64,000 nucleotides of DNA from Planctomycetota bacterium (lineage in GTDB: Bacteria; Planctomycetota; PLA2; JAEUHO01). How positions within the stretch are numbered: the first letter of the stretch is position 1; every line of letters starts with the position of its first letter. Under the pieces are notes generated by a model, which had not been told where the DNA came from, made no database searches, and was given only the letters and a program-made list of their open reading frames with translations. The DNA is taken from the NCBI GenBank assembly GCA_020851795.1, contig JADZCA010000029.1, positions 49,271 to 113,270 on the forward strand, read 5' to 3'. This document shows, one piece after another, positions 39,094 through 48,462 of the stretch. The position numbers were made by a program, and so were the translations under genes.

Positions 39094-39953
39094 CGCGCGG
39101 GTCGCGCACGCGCCCCGCCCGTTCGCCTCGCCCATGGGCCCGCCGAGGCGGAGCCCTGCCCACCGAGCGCGCACGCGGCGACGTGGGACGACCGAAACGG
39201 GACCGCGGGCGTCGCGCAAAGGACGCCCGTTGACCGGTGCGCCGATCGCTCGTGGCCGCCCAAGGCCCGACCCCCTCCCCCACCGCGATGCCGACCTCGC
39301 GTACGGTCGCCCCCACGTTCCGGACTCGCGCCCGCGCCGGCGCCCGCTCCCGCGTCGTCCCGCGGTTCCCGCCCGCCGCGGCGCGGACACCCTGCGAAAT
39401 ACGAACAGCATACGAACATCACCCGCCGCACCTCGAAGCCCGCGTCGCGAATCGGGTCCCGCGCCCGCCCTCGGGCACGTCGCCGCCGGACGCCCCTCCG
39501 CACGCGACCGGGCGAGCGCGACCGTGGCCTGATCGAGCGCCGCGCCGAGGAGGGCGCCGACGCCCACCGTCGCAGCGAGCTGGGCTTCCCGATCTCCCGC
39601 CGACCCTCCAGAGGTCGTACGGCCCTTCGAGCCGAGCGGTCCCGCCGATGGACGATGCGGCCCCCATGACACCCTCGGGCCCCCCAACGCCCCGGCCACC
39701 GCGGTCGCCACGGAAGCCTCGGCCGACATTGGCCGAGCCGCCCCACCGCGATCCCGATCGAGTCGCCCGGCGCCGTCCGCCCTACGCGACGCGGCGGAGG
39801 GCACGGTCGCCGCAGCCGCCGCGCGACTGTAGCGCCGCGAGAGGGGCCGCAGCGTCCAGACCGTGCGGCCGCCCTGCCGACATCCCGCGCCGTCCCACGA
39901 GCCACGCGCTCGCGTCCGACGGTCCGCCGATCCGCCGATCCGGCGGTGGCCCG

Positions 39954-40808
39954 CTACGAGACCCCCCAACGCTCAAGGATCGCGTCGAGCTGCGTGCTGT
40001 CGGCGTAGTCCACCTCGATGGTGCCCCCACGGCCCCGGCCTCGCACGCGGACCGACGCCCCGAGCGCCCGGCGAATCCGGTCCTCGATGTCCTTGAGGAA
40101 CGGGTCTGCCGCCTTCCCCGCCTTGCGCTTCGCGCCGGGCGCAAGCTGCGCGAGGCGCTCGATGTCACGCACGGACCACTGCTTCTCGATCGTCCAGGTC
40201 GCCACTTGGCTGCGCTTGGCGTCCGTCGGGAACTGGAGGATCGCCTTCGCCTGGCTCGCGGAGAGCCGCCCGTCCTCCAGGGCGAGCCTCACGTCCTCGG
40301 GGAGCTCGAGCAGGCGCAGCAGGTTGGCGACGGTCGCACGGTCCTTCCCCACGCGCTCCGCGACGCCCTCCTGCGTCAGCCCCTGCGTGTCCATCATGGC
40401 CTTCAGCGCACGCGCCTTCTCCAGCGCGTTCAGGTCGGCCCGCTGGAGGTTCTCCACGATCGCGAGCGTCTGCATGCCGGCGTCGTCCACGTCGCGCACG
40501 ACGGCGCGGATCCGGCTCCAGCCGAGCGCGCGGCACGCCCGCAGGCGGCGCTCGCCCGCGACCACCTCGTAGCCCCCCAAGGGCCCGCGGCGCACGACAA
40601 TGGGTTGCAGGAGGCCGTGCGCGGCGATGGAGGCCCGCAACTCCTCGAGGGCGTCCGGGTCGAAGACGCGCCGAGGCTGGTAGGGGTTGGCGCGGATCTC
40701 CTGCACCGGGAGCTCGTCGGCCGCCCGCGCCTCCTCGGCGCTCGGCTCGGCCACGGTGCTCTGGATCAGACCGCCGAGTCCACGGCCCAGACGTCGAGGT
40801 TGGTTCAT
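39954..40808 (-). CDS. parB: Chromosome partitioning protein ParB (Spo0J)
   Basis: Start 'MNQPRRLGRGLGGLI'. CTP-binding 'VVAGERRLRACRALG'. HTH 'QEGVAERVGKDRATVANLLRLLELP'. C-terminal dimerisation segment. The track ORF has a 47-aa spurious N-terminal extension. Confidence 0.9.
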   Translation of the reverse strand: MNQPRRLGRGLGGLIQSTVAEPSAEEARAADELPVQEIRANPYQPRRVFDPDALEELRASIAAHGLLQPIVVRRGPLGGYEVVAGERRLRACRALGWSRIRAVVRDVDDAGMQTLAIVENLQRADLNALEKARALKAMMDTQGLTQEGVAERVGKDRATVANLLRLLELPEDVRLALEDGRLSASQAKAILQFPTDAKRSQVATWTIEKQWSVRDIERLAQLAPGAKRKAGKAADPFLKDIEDRIRRALGASVRVRGRGRGGTIEVDYADSTQLDAILERWGVS

Positions 40809-40857
40809 GGGGGGGCTCCTTCGCGACCACCCCAAGATAGGCGATCCCGGCGACAGG

Positions 40858-40873
40858 TGTTCCCCGTGGAACA
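40858..40873. promoter_or_regulatory. parS-like site TGTTCCCCGTGGAACA (1 mismatch to TGTTCCACGTGGAACA)
   Basis: Read directly, 50 bp upstream of the parB start codon. Confidence 0.6.
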
Positions 40874-40902
40874 TCGATGGCCCGGGCGGCTCGGCCGCGC
40901 GA

Positions 40903-40918
40903 TGTTCCCCGTGGAACA
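40903..40918. promoter_or_regulatory. Second identical parS-like site TGTTCCCCGTGGAACA
   Basis: Read directly. 45 bp from the first copy, in the parB / membrane-protein divergent region. Confidence 0.6.
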
Positions 40919-40947
40919 TCACCGCGGGGCGCGTACACTCCCCGCCC

Positions 40948-41610
40948 ATGCTGCCTCGCGCCGCCTTCCCTTGGAGCCGACACCGCGCCGCGCGGGCGCT
41001 CCGCGCGCCCGGGCTGTGGGTCGCCGCAGGCCTGGGCGCGACCGCGGTCGTGGTCGGCTTCGGCCTCGACCTCCTCGCGTTCGATCACCCGGGCCAGCGG
41101 GGATGGTCCCTCGCGGTCTCGACGGCCACCGTGGTGTTCATCGCGTGGTGCCTCTGGGACCCGGAACTCCAAGACGAACAAGCCGACCGGTCGGTCCTTG
41201 AGGCATCGGCTCTCGGCGACGTCGGCCGATGGGCGGGCGCTCTCGCCGCCCGGAGCGCTTGGGCCGGGGCCCTAGCGGCGATGTGCCTGCTCTTAGCAAC
41301 TGTATTCTGCAAGCAAATGGGGGAGAGCGACGCTCCGAGCGTCCACGGGCTGGCCTGCGTTGCACTCGCGGCCTTCCCGGTGGTGGGGTGGGCGCACGCC
41401 ATCGCGGCCTGGCGCCCCGGGCCGACCGGGGCGGTGGTCGCGCTCGCGGCGTGGGTCGCCGGCCATGCGCTGCCCCCGCACGGCGTCGCGGCCCTGCTGC
41501 CGGCCCCCGCCGCGCCATCCGTGGATGCCGCGGCCGCGGCGCGTGGGGTCCTCGTGACCGCGGGCACGCTCCTCGTCGCCGCCGCCGGTCGACTCCGCCG
41601 TCGCGCGTGA
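40948..41610 (+). CDS. Hypothetical polytopic membrane protein (about 220 aa)
   Basis: 'GLWVAAGLGATAVVVGFGLDLLAF', 'VSTATVVFIAWCLW', 'LAAMCLLLATVF', 'LACVALAAFPVVGWAHAIAAW' are hydrophobic helices. ATG at 40948 chosen inside a 307-aa track ORF. Confidence 0.45.
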   Translation: MLPRAAFPWSRHRAARALRAPGLWVAAGLGATAVVVGFGLDLLAFDHPGQRGWSLAVSTATVVFIAWCLWDPELQDEQADRSVLEASALGDVGRWAGALAARSAWAGALAAMCLLLATVFCKQMGESDAPSVHGLACVALAAFPVVGWAHAIAAWRPGPTGAVVALAAWVAGHALPPHGVAALLPAPAAPSVDAAAAARGVLVTAGTLLVAAAGRLRRRA

Positions 41611-41685
41611 CGGCGCTTCGCGGGTGCTCGGCGCCCGCGCCGGTAGGCTGTCGCGCCCGGCGCCGACGCCGGCAGGTTCCCGCTC

Positions 41686-42411
41686 GTGCGCTACGCGATC
41701 CTCGGTGACATCCACTCCAACGTCGAAGCCCTCGAGGCCGTGCTCGACGCCCTCGACGGCGAGCGCGTGAGCACCGTGCTGTGCACGGGCGACATCGTCG
41801 GCTACGGGGCCGCCCCGCGCGAGTGCATCCGCCTCGTGCGCGAGCTCTCGCCGCACCTGCTGGTGGGCGGCAACCACGACTGGGCCGCCGCGGGGCGGCT
41901 CGAGCTCGAGTACTTCAACCCGTACGCACGCGAGGCCATCGAGTGGACGCGCTCGGTGCTCGACCCCACCGAGCTCGCGTGGCTGGGCGCGCACCCGGCG
42001 CTCGCCACCGACGGCTCGGTCACCGTGGCGCACGGCACGATCCACGACCCCGAGGCGTTCGACTACCTGCAGAGCGCCTACGACGCGCACCTCTCGTTCG
42101 CGCACCTCAAGACGCCGTACGCGTTCGTCGGCCACAGCCACGTGCCGGTCACCTTCCGCAGCGGCGCCGCGGTCACCTACGTGCTCGGCGACCTCGTCGA
42201 GCTCGGCGACGCGGCGCAGGCCGTGATGAACGTCGGCAGCGTCGGCCAGCCCCGCGACGAGGACCCTCGCGCCGCGTACGGCGTGTTCGACGACGACGCA
42301 CGCGTGCTGCGCATCGAGCGCGTGCCCTACGACGTGGAAGCCGCCGTCGCGCGCATCCGCCGCGCACGTCTCCCCGAGTTCCTCGGGGACCGCCTGCGCA
42401 TCGGCCGCTGA
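41686..42411 (+). CDS. Metallophosphoesterase (YfcE/MPP superfamily)
   Basis: 'MRYAILGDIHSNVEALEAVL...VLCTGDIVGYG...LLVGGNHD...AFVGHSHVP' MPP motifs. Confidence 0.8.
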   Translation: MRYAILGDIHSNVEALEAVLDALDGERVSTVLCTGDIVGYGAAPRECIRLVRELSPHLLVGGNHDWAAAGRLELEYFNPYAREAIEWTRSVLDPTELAWLGAHPALATDGSVTVAHGTIHDPEAFDYLQSAYDAHLSFAHLKTPYAFVGHSHVPVTFRSGAAVTYVLGDLVELGDAAQAVMNVGSVGQPRDEDPRAAYGVFDDDARVLRIERVPYDVEAAVARIRRARLPEFLGDRLRIGR

Positions 42412-42476
42412 GCGCGCACCCGCGGCGGCGTGACGACGGCCACGCCGGCGTCACGGCGCGCGCGGTCGCGCCGCGC

Positions 42477-42983
42477 TCAGCCCGCGCGACGCGCGCGCTT
42501 GGACGGGATCTCGACCTGCACGGTCACTTCGCGCGGACGGCCGCGACGGCCCACGAAGCCGCGCACGACGCGCGCGCGCCCCGCGCCACCGCCCGACACG
42601 AGGAACACGTACGACACGTCCACCGGCCTGCCTTCGCCGCCCGCCGCGCGCGACGCGGAGAGCAGGCCCGCGGCGTCCGACTCCGACAGGCGCGCGGGGC
42701 CGCGCAGGTGGCCGTGCCACACGCCGACCACCGTGAGGCCGCGCTCGCGCGCGTCGCGCGCGGCCGCGACCGCCCCCGACGCGGGGAGGAGGAACGCGCG
42801 GTCGGGGTTGGCGTGCACGTTCTCGAGGACCTTGACCTCGGCGATGCGGACCGCGGTGGGCGCGGTGGTGCCGAGCATGAGCCCGCACGGCTCCTTCGCG
42901 CCGCCGACCGCCGCCTGGTGCGCGGCGAGGACACGCGCCATCGCGTCCGCGGAGATGAAGACTTTGGGCGGGGGCGTGCGCAC
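42477..42983 (-). CDS. JAB/MPN (JAMM) metalloprotease-family protein
   Basis: 'KEPCGLMLG...GVWHGHLRGPARLSESD' fits the JAMM motif E-x(n)-H-x-H-x(7)-S-x2-D. 168 aa. Confidence 0.7.
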   Translation of the reverse strand: MRTPPPKVFISADAMARVLAAHQAAVGGAKEPCGLMLGTTAPTAVRIAEVKVLENVHANPDRAFLLPASGAVAAARDARERGLTVVGVWHGHLRGPARLSESDAAGLLSASRAAGGEGRPVDVSYVFLVSGGGAGRARVVRGFVGRRGRPREVTVQVEIPSKRARRAG

Positions 42984-43034
42984 GGGGACCTCGATCGGTG
43001 GAGGAGCGCCGCGAGAAGACGCGGTGCGAAGCCC

Positions 43035-44417
43035 CTAGGATGGCCTCGTCGGCTCTCGAAGGTAAGCGAGGGACGAGGGCAAGTGCTCGAAACCGTCCTC
43101 GCCCAGGCGATGGGCGAACAGCGCCTCGAGGTCGGACAAGGGACGTTCGTCCCCCCGGAACCGGACGGTGGTCGCGGCCGGGTTGCCGGCGGCGAGCAGG
43201 ATGACGTCCATCAGCTGTCGGGCGTCCACCGACTGCTCGCCCATCGCCATCTCGACCGGGAGCCCGTGCCGCTGCACGACTCGCACGATGAGACCCGCGG
43301 GGCGCAGGTGGAGCTTCCTGCCGGGGGGGAGGGCGAGCTCGACCTCGCGCACCCGGCTGTACCCGTCGAGCAACGCCTTCGCCACCGCGCGCGCCTCGGC
43401 GAAGCACGCCGCCGCGTTGCGCACGCCGAAGTGCAGCGCACGCCGCAGCACGTCGCGGTGGGGGAGGAGCTCGTCGAGACGGAGGCGCGCGGGCGTCGCC
43501 TTCGGGGCGGCGGACACGCGGCCCCACAACGTCAGCAGGTACGCCACCGCCTCGAGCAGGTGCAGCAGGATGCTCACGTAGCCGCGGAACGTGCGCAGGC
43601 GCGGGTCCACCGCCTCGAGCACGCTGCCGGCGACCGCCGCGTCGTAGCCGGACTGCACGGCGTGCATGCGCACGCGCACCTCGTGCGCGGCCGCGTCGCC
43701 GAAGGCACCCCGCGCGACCGCCTCGAGCCCGTCGTCGTCGTCGGGCACGCGGACCGCCTCGACCGCGTCGGCGACGCGGAGGAACGCCGCGGCCGCGGCA
43801 CGCACGCGGTCGCGCTCGTCGCCCTCCTCGGGCACCTCCGCGTCCTGCGGGAGGCGCCAGCGCGCCTCCTCGCCCCGCAGCGCGGCGGGGTCGAAGGGCA
43901 CGTCGGGCGCGCGCATCGCCAGCCGGTCGGCCTCGGCGCGCAGCGACGCGAGCACCGCCTCGACGCGGTCCGACAGCCACGCGACCTGCACGTCGAGGTC
44001 GTGCCGGAACGTCGCGAGGTCGGCCCGGTCGCCCAGGTAGCGCCGGATGCGCCCGCGCAGGTGCAGCAGCGCGTGCAGCGTCTTCGCCGCGACGCGCAGC
44101 GCCGAGACCGCCTCGGCGAAGAACGCGTACCGTCGGTTGCCGCGCGCCCCGACCTCGAGCAGGCCCTGCTCGAGCCGCTCCGCGTCCTCGGCGACGCGGA
44201 GGCAGAACCGCCGCGAGAGGTCGCCCTCCACCCCGCCGCGCAGGTAGAGCTCGAGCGAGAGCAGCTCGGCCGCCTCCGCGGCGAGCCGGTCGCGGTACTC
44301 CGCCTCGGGCAGCACGCGGTCGAACGCCGCCGCCGCCGTCTCCCCCTCGACGGCGATCCGCCGCGCCGCGGGGGCGGACGCGTCGGGCCGGTCGGCAGGC
44401 GGCCTCGGGGCGTTCAT
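43035..44417 (-). CDS. Hypothetical 460-aa protein with C-terminal HPr-like (PTS phosphocarrier fold) domain
   Basis: C-terminus 'GRKLHLRPAGLIVRVVQRHGLPVEMAMGEQSVDARQLMDVILLAAGNPAATTVRFRGDE' aligns with HPr 'GIHARPATVLVQ...VNLKSIMGVMSLG...'. His15 equivalent is present and Ser46 is replaced by Gln. The N-terminal ~360 aa are helical with no recognised family. Confidence 0.55.
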   Translation of the reverse strand: MNAPRPPADRPDASAPAARRIAVEGETAAAAFDRVLPEAEYRDRLAAEAAELLSLELYLRGGVEGDLSRRFCLRVAEDAERLEQGLLEVGARGNRRYAFFAEAVSALRVAAKTLHALLHLRGRIRRYLGDRADLATFRHDLDVQVAWLSDRVEAVLASLRAEADRLAMRAPDVPFDPAALRGEEARWRLPQDAEVPEEGDERDRVRAAAAAFLRVADAVEAVRVPDDDDGLEAVARGAFGDAAAHEVRVRMHAVQSGYDAAVAGSVLEAVDPRLRTFRGYVSILLHLLEAVAYLLTLWGRVSAAPKATPARLRLDELLPHRDVLRRALHFGVRNAAACFAEARAVAKALLDGYSRVREVELALPPGRKLHLRPAGLIVRVVQRHGLPVEMAMGEQSVDARQLMDVILLAAGNPAATTVRFRGDERPLSDLEALFAHRLGEDGFEHLPSSLAYLREPTRPS

Positions 44418-44543
44418 CGGGAGGGCGGTCAGACCTCGCTACCTCGCGCCGCACGGGGCCGTCGGCGCGAACGACCCCCGGATCGTACCGCCCCGGTACG
44501 CCGCCCGGCCACGGTGCGCCGCGGCGGGGGCTCGCCCCACGCT

Positions 44544-44573
44544 TCGTCGGCCCTGCGCTTGCCCCGTAGAATC
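44544..44573 (+). promoter_or_regulatory. Putative sigma-70-type promoter (TTCGTC -18 nt- TAGAAT) upstream of small ORF 44600
   Basis: TAGAAT is an unusually AT-rich hexamer for this genome. GGAG RBS 8 nt upstream of ATG 44600. Confidence 0.4.
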
Positions 44574-44599
44574 CCGCGCCCCGCCCTCGGAGTAACGAC

Positions 44600-45088
44600 A
44601 TGGCCCCCGGAGAGACCGTCTTCCGCTTCGCTGCGGAGGGGATCGACCTCGAGTTCGCCGGCAGCGAGGAGTTCGTCGAGAAGCAGCTCGCGCGCTTCCA
44701 GCCGTTCCTCCGCCACGCCGTCGGCGGCGGGGACTCGGCCCCGGCGGCGAGCCCGGCCGCCCCGAGCGCGCCGTCGGCCGCGCCCAAGGAGAGCCTCGAG
44801 GCGTTCTACGCGGCGCGTCCGCTGCGCGAGGGTCGCGGCGCGATCCAGGACCGCATCCTGCTCTTCATCCACTACCTCCAGCACGTGCAGGGCAAGCGCG
44901 AGGTCTCGGGCGACGACATCGTGTGGTGCTTCCAGCAGCTCGGCATCCCCGAGCCGAAGAACCTCCACAACGCGCTCGGGATCCTCAAGCGCAAGATCGG
45001 CCACCTCCAGGAGGGGAGCAAGCGCGGCCTCTACTCGCTCTCGCCCGAGGGCATCACCTACGTCGAGGGCCGCTTCCGCACGCGCTGA
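44600..45088 (+). CDS. Hypothetical two-domain small protein (162 aa)
   Basis: High GC3, good RBS and promoter. N-terminal 45 aa, A/P/S linker, C-terminal 'ILLFIHYLQHVQGKREVSGDDIVWCFQQLGIPEPKNLHNALGILKRKIGHLQEGSKRGLYSLSPEGITYVEG' which may be winged-helix-like. No family recognised. Confidence 0.6.
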   Translation: MAPGETVFRFAAEGIDLEFAGSEEFVEKQLARFQPFLRHAVGGGDSAPAASPAAPSAPSAAPKESLEAFYAARPLREGRGAIQDRILLFIHYLQHVQGKREVSGDDIVWCFQQLGIPEPKNLHNALGILKRKIGHLQEGSKRGLYSLSPEGITYVEGRFRTR

Positions 45089-45141
45089 GCGTGGGCGCGC
45101 CGACGGACCGCGGGGGTGCGCTCCGCGGTCCGCCCGCCGGC

Positions 45142-46293
45142 TCAGCCTCGCGCGTCGTCCTCGTCGGGCACGAAGTCCACGAGCACGGCGTTGAGGACGT
45201 CGATCCCCGCCGGCGTGCACCGCAGGCGGTCGCCGTCCCGTTCGAGGCGCCCGGCGACGACGTGGCGCTCGATGGCGTCGCGGTGCTCGACGCGCGGGTC
45301 CACGCCGTGGCGCGCCGCCAGCGCCGCGAGGTCCACGCCCTCGTCGACGAGGCGCAGGCCCATCATCAGCGACTCGAACAGCGCGCTGCGCGGCGCCGGC
45401 TGCTCCTCCCACGCGACGGCCTCGCCCGCCGCCGCGACGCGCGCCGCGTAGGCCGCGGGGTCGTCCACGTTCTTCCACCGGCGGCCGCCGACGTGGGAGT
45501 GCGCCCCGGCGCCGAGCCCGAGCCACTGCGCGTTGCGCCAGTAGCCGAGGTTGTGCCGACACTCCGCGCCCGGCTTGGCGTGGTTGGACACCTCGTAGCG
45601 ACGGTAGCCCGCGGCGGCGAGGTCTTCGCACGCGGCGCGCAGGTGCGCGAGGTCGCGTCCCTCGATGGGCGCCTCGAGGCGGCCCTCCTCGAGCGACTTC
45701 GTGAACGCCGTGCCCTCCTCGAAGGTGAGGACGTACGTGCTCACGTGCTCGGGGCCCAGCGCGACCGCGCGCGCCACGTCGCGGCGCTGCTCGCCGACCG
45801 ACTGGCCCGGCGTGGCGAGGATCAGGTCGAGCGAGACCCGCTCGACGCCGCCGTCGCGCAGCACCTCGACGCTGCGCACGGTGTCGCGCGCGTCGTGCGC
45901 GCGGCCGAGGACCCGCAGGCGCCGCTCGTCGAACGACTGCGCCCCGAGGCTGACGCGCGTCACGCCGTGGCGGCGCAGGACGCGCACCTTCTCGGGCGTG
46001 AGCGTGCCGGGGTTCGCCTCGACGGTCACCTCGGTCAGCCGCGACGTCGTCACCGCCGACATCACGCCGTCGAGCATGCGGTCGATCGCCTCCGCCGACG
46101 GCCACGTCGGCGTGCCGCCGCCGACGAACACCGTGGCGGGGGCGACGTCACGCGCCCGCGCGCGCGCCTCCGCGACGAGCGCCTCGACGTAGGCCGGCAC
46201 CTCCCCGTCGCGGCCCGCGTGCGAGTTGAAGTCGCAGTAGGGGCACTTCGACGCGCAGAAGGGGACGTGGACGTAGAGGTGGTCGACCGGCAC
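45142..46293 (-). CDS. hemW: Radical SAM heme chaperone HemW (coproporphyrinogen-III-oxidase-like)
   Basis: 'LYVHVPFCASKCPYCDFNS' CxxxCxxC plus HemN-like C-terminal domain. 383 aa. Confidence 0.9.
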   Translation of the reverse strand: MPVDHLYVHVPFCASKCPYCDFNSHAGRDGEVPAYVEALVAEARARARDVAPATVFVGGGTPTWPSAEAIDRMLDGVMSAVTTSRLTEVTVEANPGTLTPEKVRVLRRHGVTRVSLGAQSFDERRLRVLGRAHDARDTVRSVEVLRDGGVERVSLDLILATPGQSVGEQRRDVARAVALGPEHVSTYVLTFEEGTAFTKSLEEGRLEAPIEGRDLAHLRAACEDLAAAGYRRYEVSNHAKPGAECRHNLGYWRNAQWLGLGAGAHSHVGGRRWKNVDDPAAYAARVAAAGEAVAWEEQPAPRSALFESLMMGLRLVDEGVDLAALAARHGVDPRVEHRDAIERHVVAGRLERDGDRLRCTPAGIDVLNAVLVDFVPDEDDARG

Positions 46294-46384
46294 CCGCCCA
46301 TCCTCGCAGGCGCCCCGGGCCCCGCGCCGGACCGACCCGGCCGCCGCGCGCCCGGGCCGGGCCCGCGGGCCCCGACGGCGTCCC

Positions 46385-47296
46385 TCAGGCGTCGAGCGAG
46401 CCGCGCAGGCGCTCGAGGGCCGAGCGCTCGAGCTGGCGCACGCGCTCGCGCGACAGCCCGAGGTGGCGGCCGATCTCGCGCAGCGTGAGGCTCTTGCCCT
46501 CGGTGCCGACGCCGAGCCCGAAGCGCAGCCGCAGCACCTCGGCCTCGCGCGGCTCGAGCCGGCCGAGCGCGTCGCGGACGCGCTCGACGTCGCTCGCGTC
46601 GAGGTCGGCGGCGACCGGGTCGGTCGCGCGCGGGTCGGCCACGCGCTGGTCCTCGTCGAAGAGCGCGTCGAGCGACACGGTCGCGCCGGAGAGCCCGACG
46701 CTCGCGTAGACGCGCTGGAGGATCCGGCGGCGCGCCGCCGAACCGGGCATCGCGCGCGCCACCTCCTCGGCGTCGGGCGCGCGCCCCTCGCGCTGCTCGA
46801 AGCGGCGGGCCCACTCGCGCCAGCGCGCGAGCTCCTGCGACATGTGGCGCGGGATGCGGACCGTGCGCACGCTGTGCACGAGCGCGCGCCGGATCGCCTG
46901 GCGGATCCACCACGTCGCGTACGTCGAGAAACGGATGTTTCGCGCCGGGTCGAAGAGCTCGACCGCGTGGTAGAGGCCGACGTTGCCCTCCTCGACGAGG
47001 TCGGGGAGCGAGAGGCCGCGCGAGGTCCACCGCTTGGCCTCGGCGACGACGAGGCGCAGGTTGCGCACCGTGAGCTCGAAGCGGGCCTCCTGCGCGCGCT
47101 GCTCGTCCACCATCGCCTGCAGCGCGGCGAGCGGCGACGCCTCGGCGGCCTTGCGGCGGCGCCCGAAGCCCGCGCTCGTCGGCGAGGCGACCTGGATGCG
47201 GCGCGCGAGGTCCTTCTCCTCGTCGGCGGTGAGGAGCGGGTAGGCCCGGATCTCCCGCAGGTAGGTGTCGAAGGGAGACTCGGCCCGGCGCGGCAT
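46385..47296 (-). CDS. Sigma-70 family RNA polymerase sigma factor (303 aa)
   Basis: Region 2 '[40 protein letters not shown]'. Region 4 '[29 protein letters not shown]'. The track ORF is 541 aa with a spurious N-terminal part. Confidence 0.85.
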   Translation of the reverse strand: MPRRAESPFDTYLREIRAYPLLTADEEKDLARRIQVASPTSAGFGRRRKAAEASPLAALQAMVDEQRAQEARFELTVRNLRLVVAEAKRWTSRGLSLPDLVEEGNVGLYHAVELFDPARNIRFSTYATWWIRQAIRRALVHSVRTVRIPRHMSQELARWREWARRFEQREGRAPDAEEVARAMPGSAARRRILQRVYASVGLSGATVSLDALFDEDQRVADPRATDPVAADLDASDVERVRDALGRLEPREAEVLRLRFGLGVGTEGKSLTLREIGRHLGLSRERVRQLERSALERLRGSLDA

Positions 47297-47307
47297 GGCC
47301 GCAGAGC

Positions 47308-48462
47308 CTACGCGCCCGCGGCCGGGGGCGAAGCGGCGCCTGCGCCGCCGACCGCCCGCCGGTACACCGCCTCGTAGAGCGGCACGACGCGGTCCCGGCC
47401 GAAGCGCTCGACGGCCCCCGCGCGGGCGGCCTCGGAGAGCTCCCGGAGGCGGGCGGGCGCGCCGAGCAGGTCGAGCACCGCGCGCGCCATCGCCGCGTCG
47501 TCGCAGGGCGGCAGCAGCCGCCCGTCCACCCCGTCGCGGACGACCTCGGGGAGGCCGCCGGCCTCGAACGCCACGGCCGGCGTCCCGCACGCCATCGACT
47601 CGAGCACCGCGAGCCCGAACGACTCGAACTCGCTGGGCAGCAGGAACAGGTCGGCGAGCGGGAGCAGCGTCTCGACCTCGGTCTGCGCGCCGACGAAGCG
47701 GACGCGGTCGCGCACGCCGAGCTCGCGCGCGCGGGCCTCGCAGGCGGCGCGGTCGGGGCCCTCGCCGACCATGAGCAGCACCGCGGGGCGCTCGGCGTGG
47801 ACCTTCGCGAGCACCTCGACGGCCGACACGGCGCGCTTGACGGGGCGGAAGTTGCTCACGTGCACGAGCAGCGCGTCGTCGGGCCGCGCGAACGCGCGGC
47901 GGCGCGCGCGGTCGGGCTGCGGCGCGAAGCGGACGGGGTCGACGAAGTTCGGCACGACGTCGATCTCGCGCGTCGGCCCGAAGACGCGGTCGGTCTCCGC
48001 ACGCAGCCACCCCGACACCGACGTCACGGCGTCGGAGGCGCGGATCGCGTGGCGGGTCATGCGCGCGTACGCGCGGTCCTGGCCGACGATGGTGATGTCG
48101 GTCCCGTGGAGCGTCGTGACCACCGGGAGCCGCCGCGGCGCGACGACCTCGCGCGCGAGCACCGCCGCGAGCGCGTGCGGGATCGCGTAGTGCACGTGGA
48201 CGACGTCGAGGCCCTCCTCCTCCGCGGTCTCGGCGATGCGCGAGGCGAGGGCCGCGTCGTAGGGCGGGTAGCGGAACAGCGGGTAGCTGGTGACCTCGAC
48301 CTCGTGGTAGCGGATGCGGTCGTCGAAGGCCGGCAGCCGCAGCGGCGGGGCGTAGGAGAGCACGTGCAGCGCGTGCCCGCGGTCGGCCAGCGCCATCGCG
48401 AGCTCGGTGGCGACGACGCCGGACCCGCCGGCGGTCGGGTAGCAGACGACGCCGATCCTCAC
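47308..48462 (-). CDS. bshA: BshA-like GT4 glycosyltransferase (N-acetyl-alpha-D-glucosaminyl L-malate synthase)
   Basis: '[30 protein letters not shown]...[16 protein letters not shown]...[11 protein letters not shown]...TTLHGTDIT' closely parallels B. subtilis BshA blocks. GTG start overlaps the bshB1 stop (GTGA). Confidence 0.85.
   Translation of the reverse strand: MRIGVVCYPTAGGSGVVATELAMALADRGHALHVLSYAPPLRLPAFDDRIRYHEVEVTSYPLFRYPPYDAALASRIAETAEEEGLDVVHVHYAIPHALAAVLAREVVAPRRLPVVTTLHGTDITIVGQDRAYARMTRHAIRASDAVTSVSGWLRAETDRVFGPTREIDVVPNFVDPVRFAPQPDRARRRAFARPDDALLVHVSNFRPVKRAVSAVEVLAKVHAERPAVLLMVGEGPDRAACEARARELGVRDRVRFVGAQTEVETLLPLADLFLLPSEFESFGLAVLESMACGTPAVAFEAGGLPEVVRDGVDGRLLPPCDDAAMARAVLDLLGAPARLRELSEAARAGAVERFGRDRVVPLYEAVYRRAVGGAGAASPPAAGA

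Noticed and set aside
33491-40940. Shared 8-mer GTACACTC 10-15 nt upstream of the UbiA gene start (33491-33499) and of the membrane-protein gene start (40932-40939) as a promoter element
   Set aside because: With only two copies, chance expectation in 128 kb of both strands is about 1, so it is not distinguishable from coincidence. Noted only.
39954-40949. Full 331-aa parB ORF from the track (start at 40949)
   Set aside because: The first 47 codons (MGGECTRPAVMFHGEH...) overlap the parS sites and do not resemble ParB. The canonical ParB N-terminus MNQPRRLGRGLG begins at 40808.
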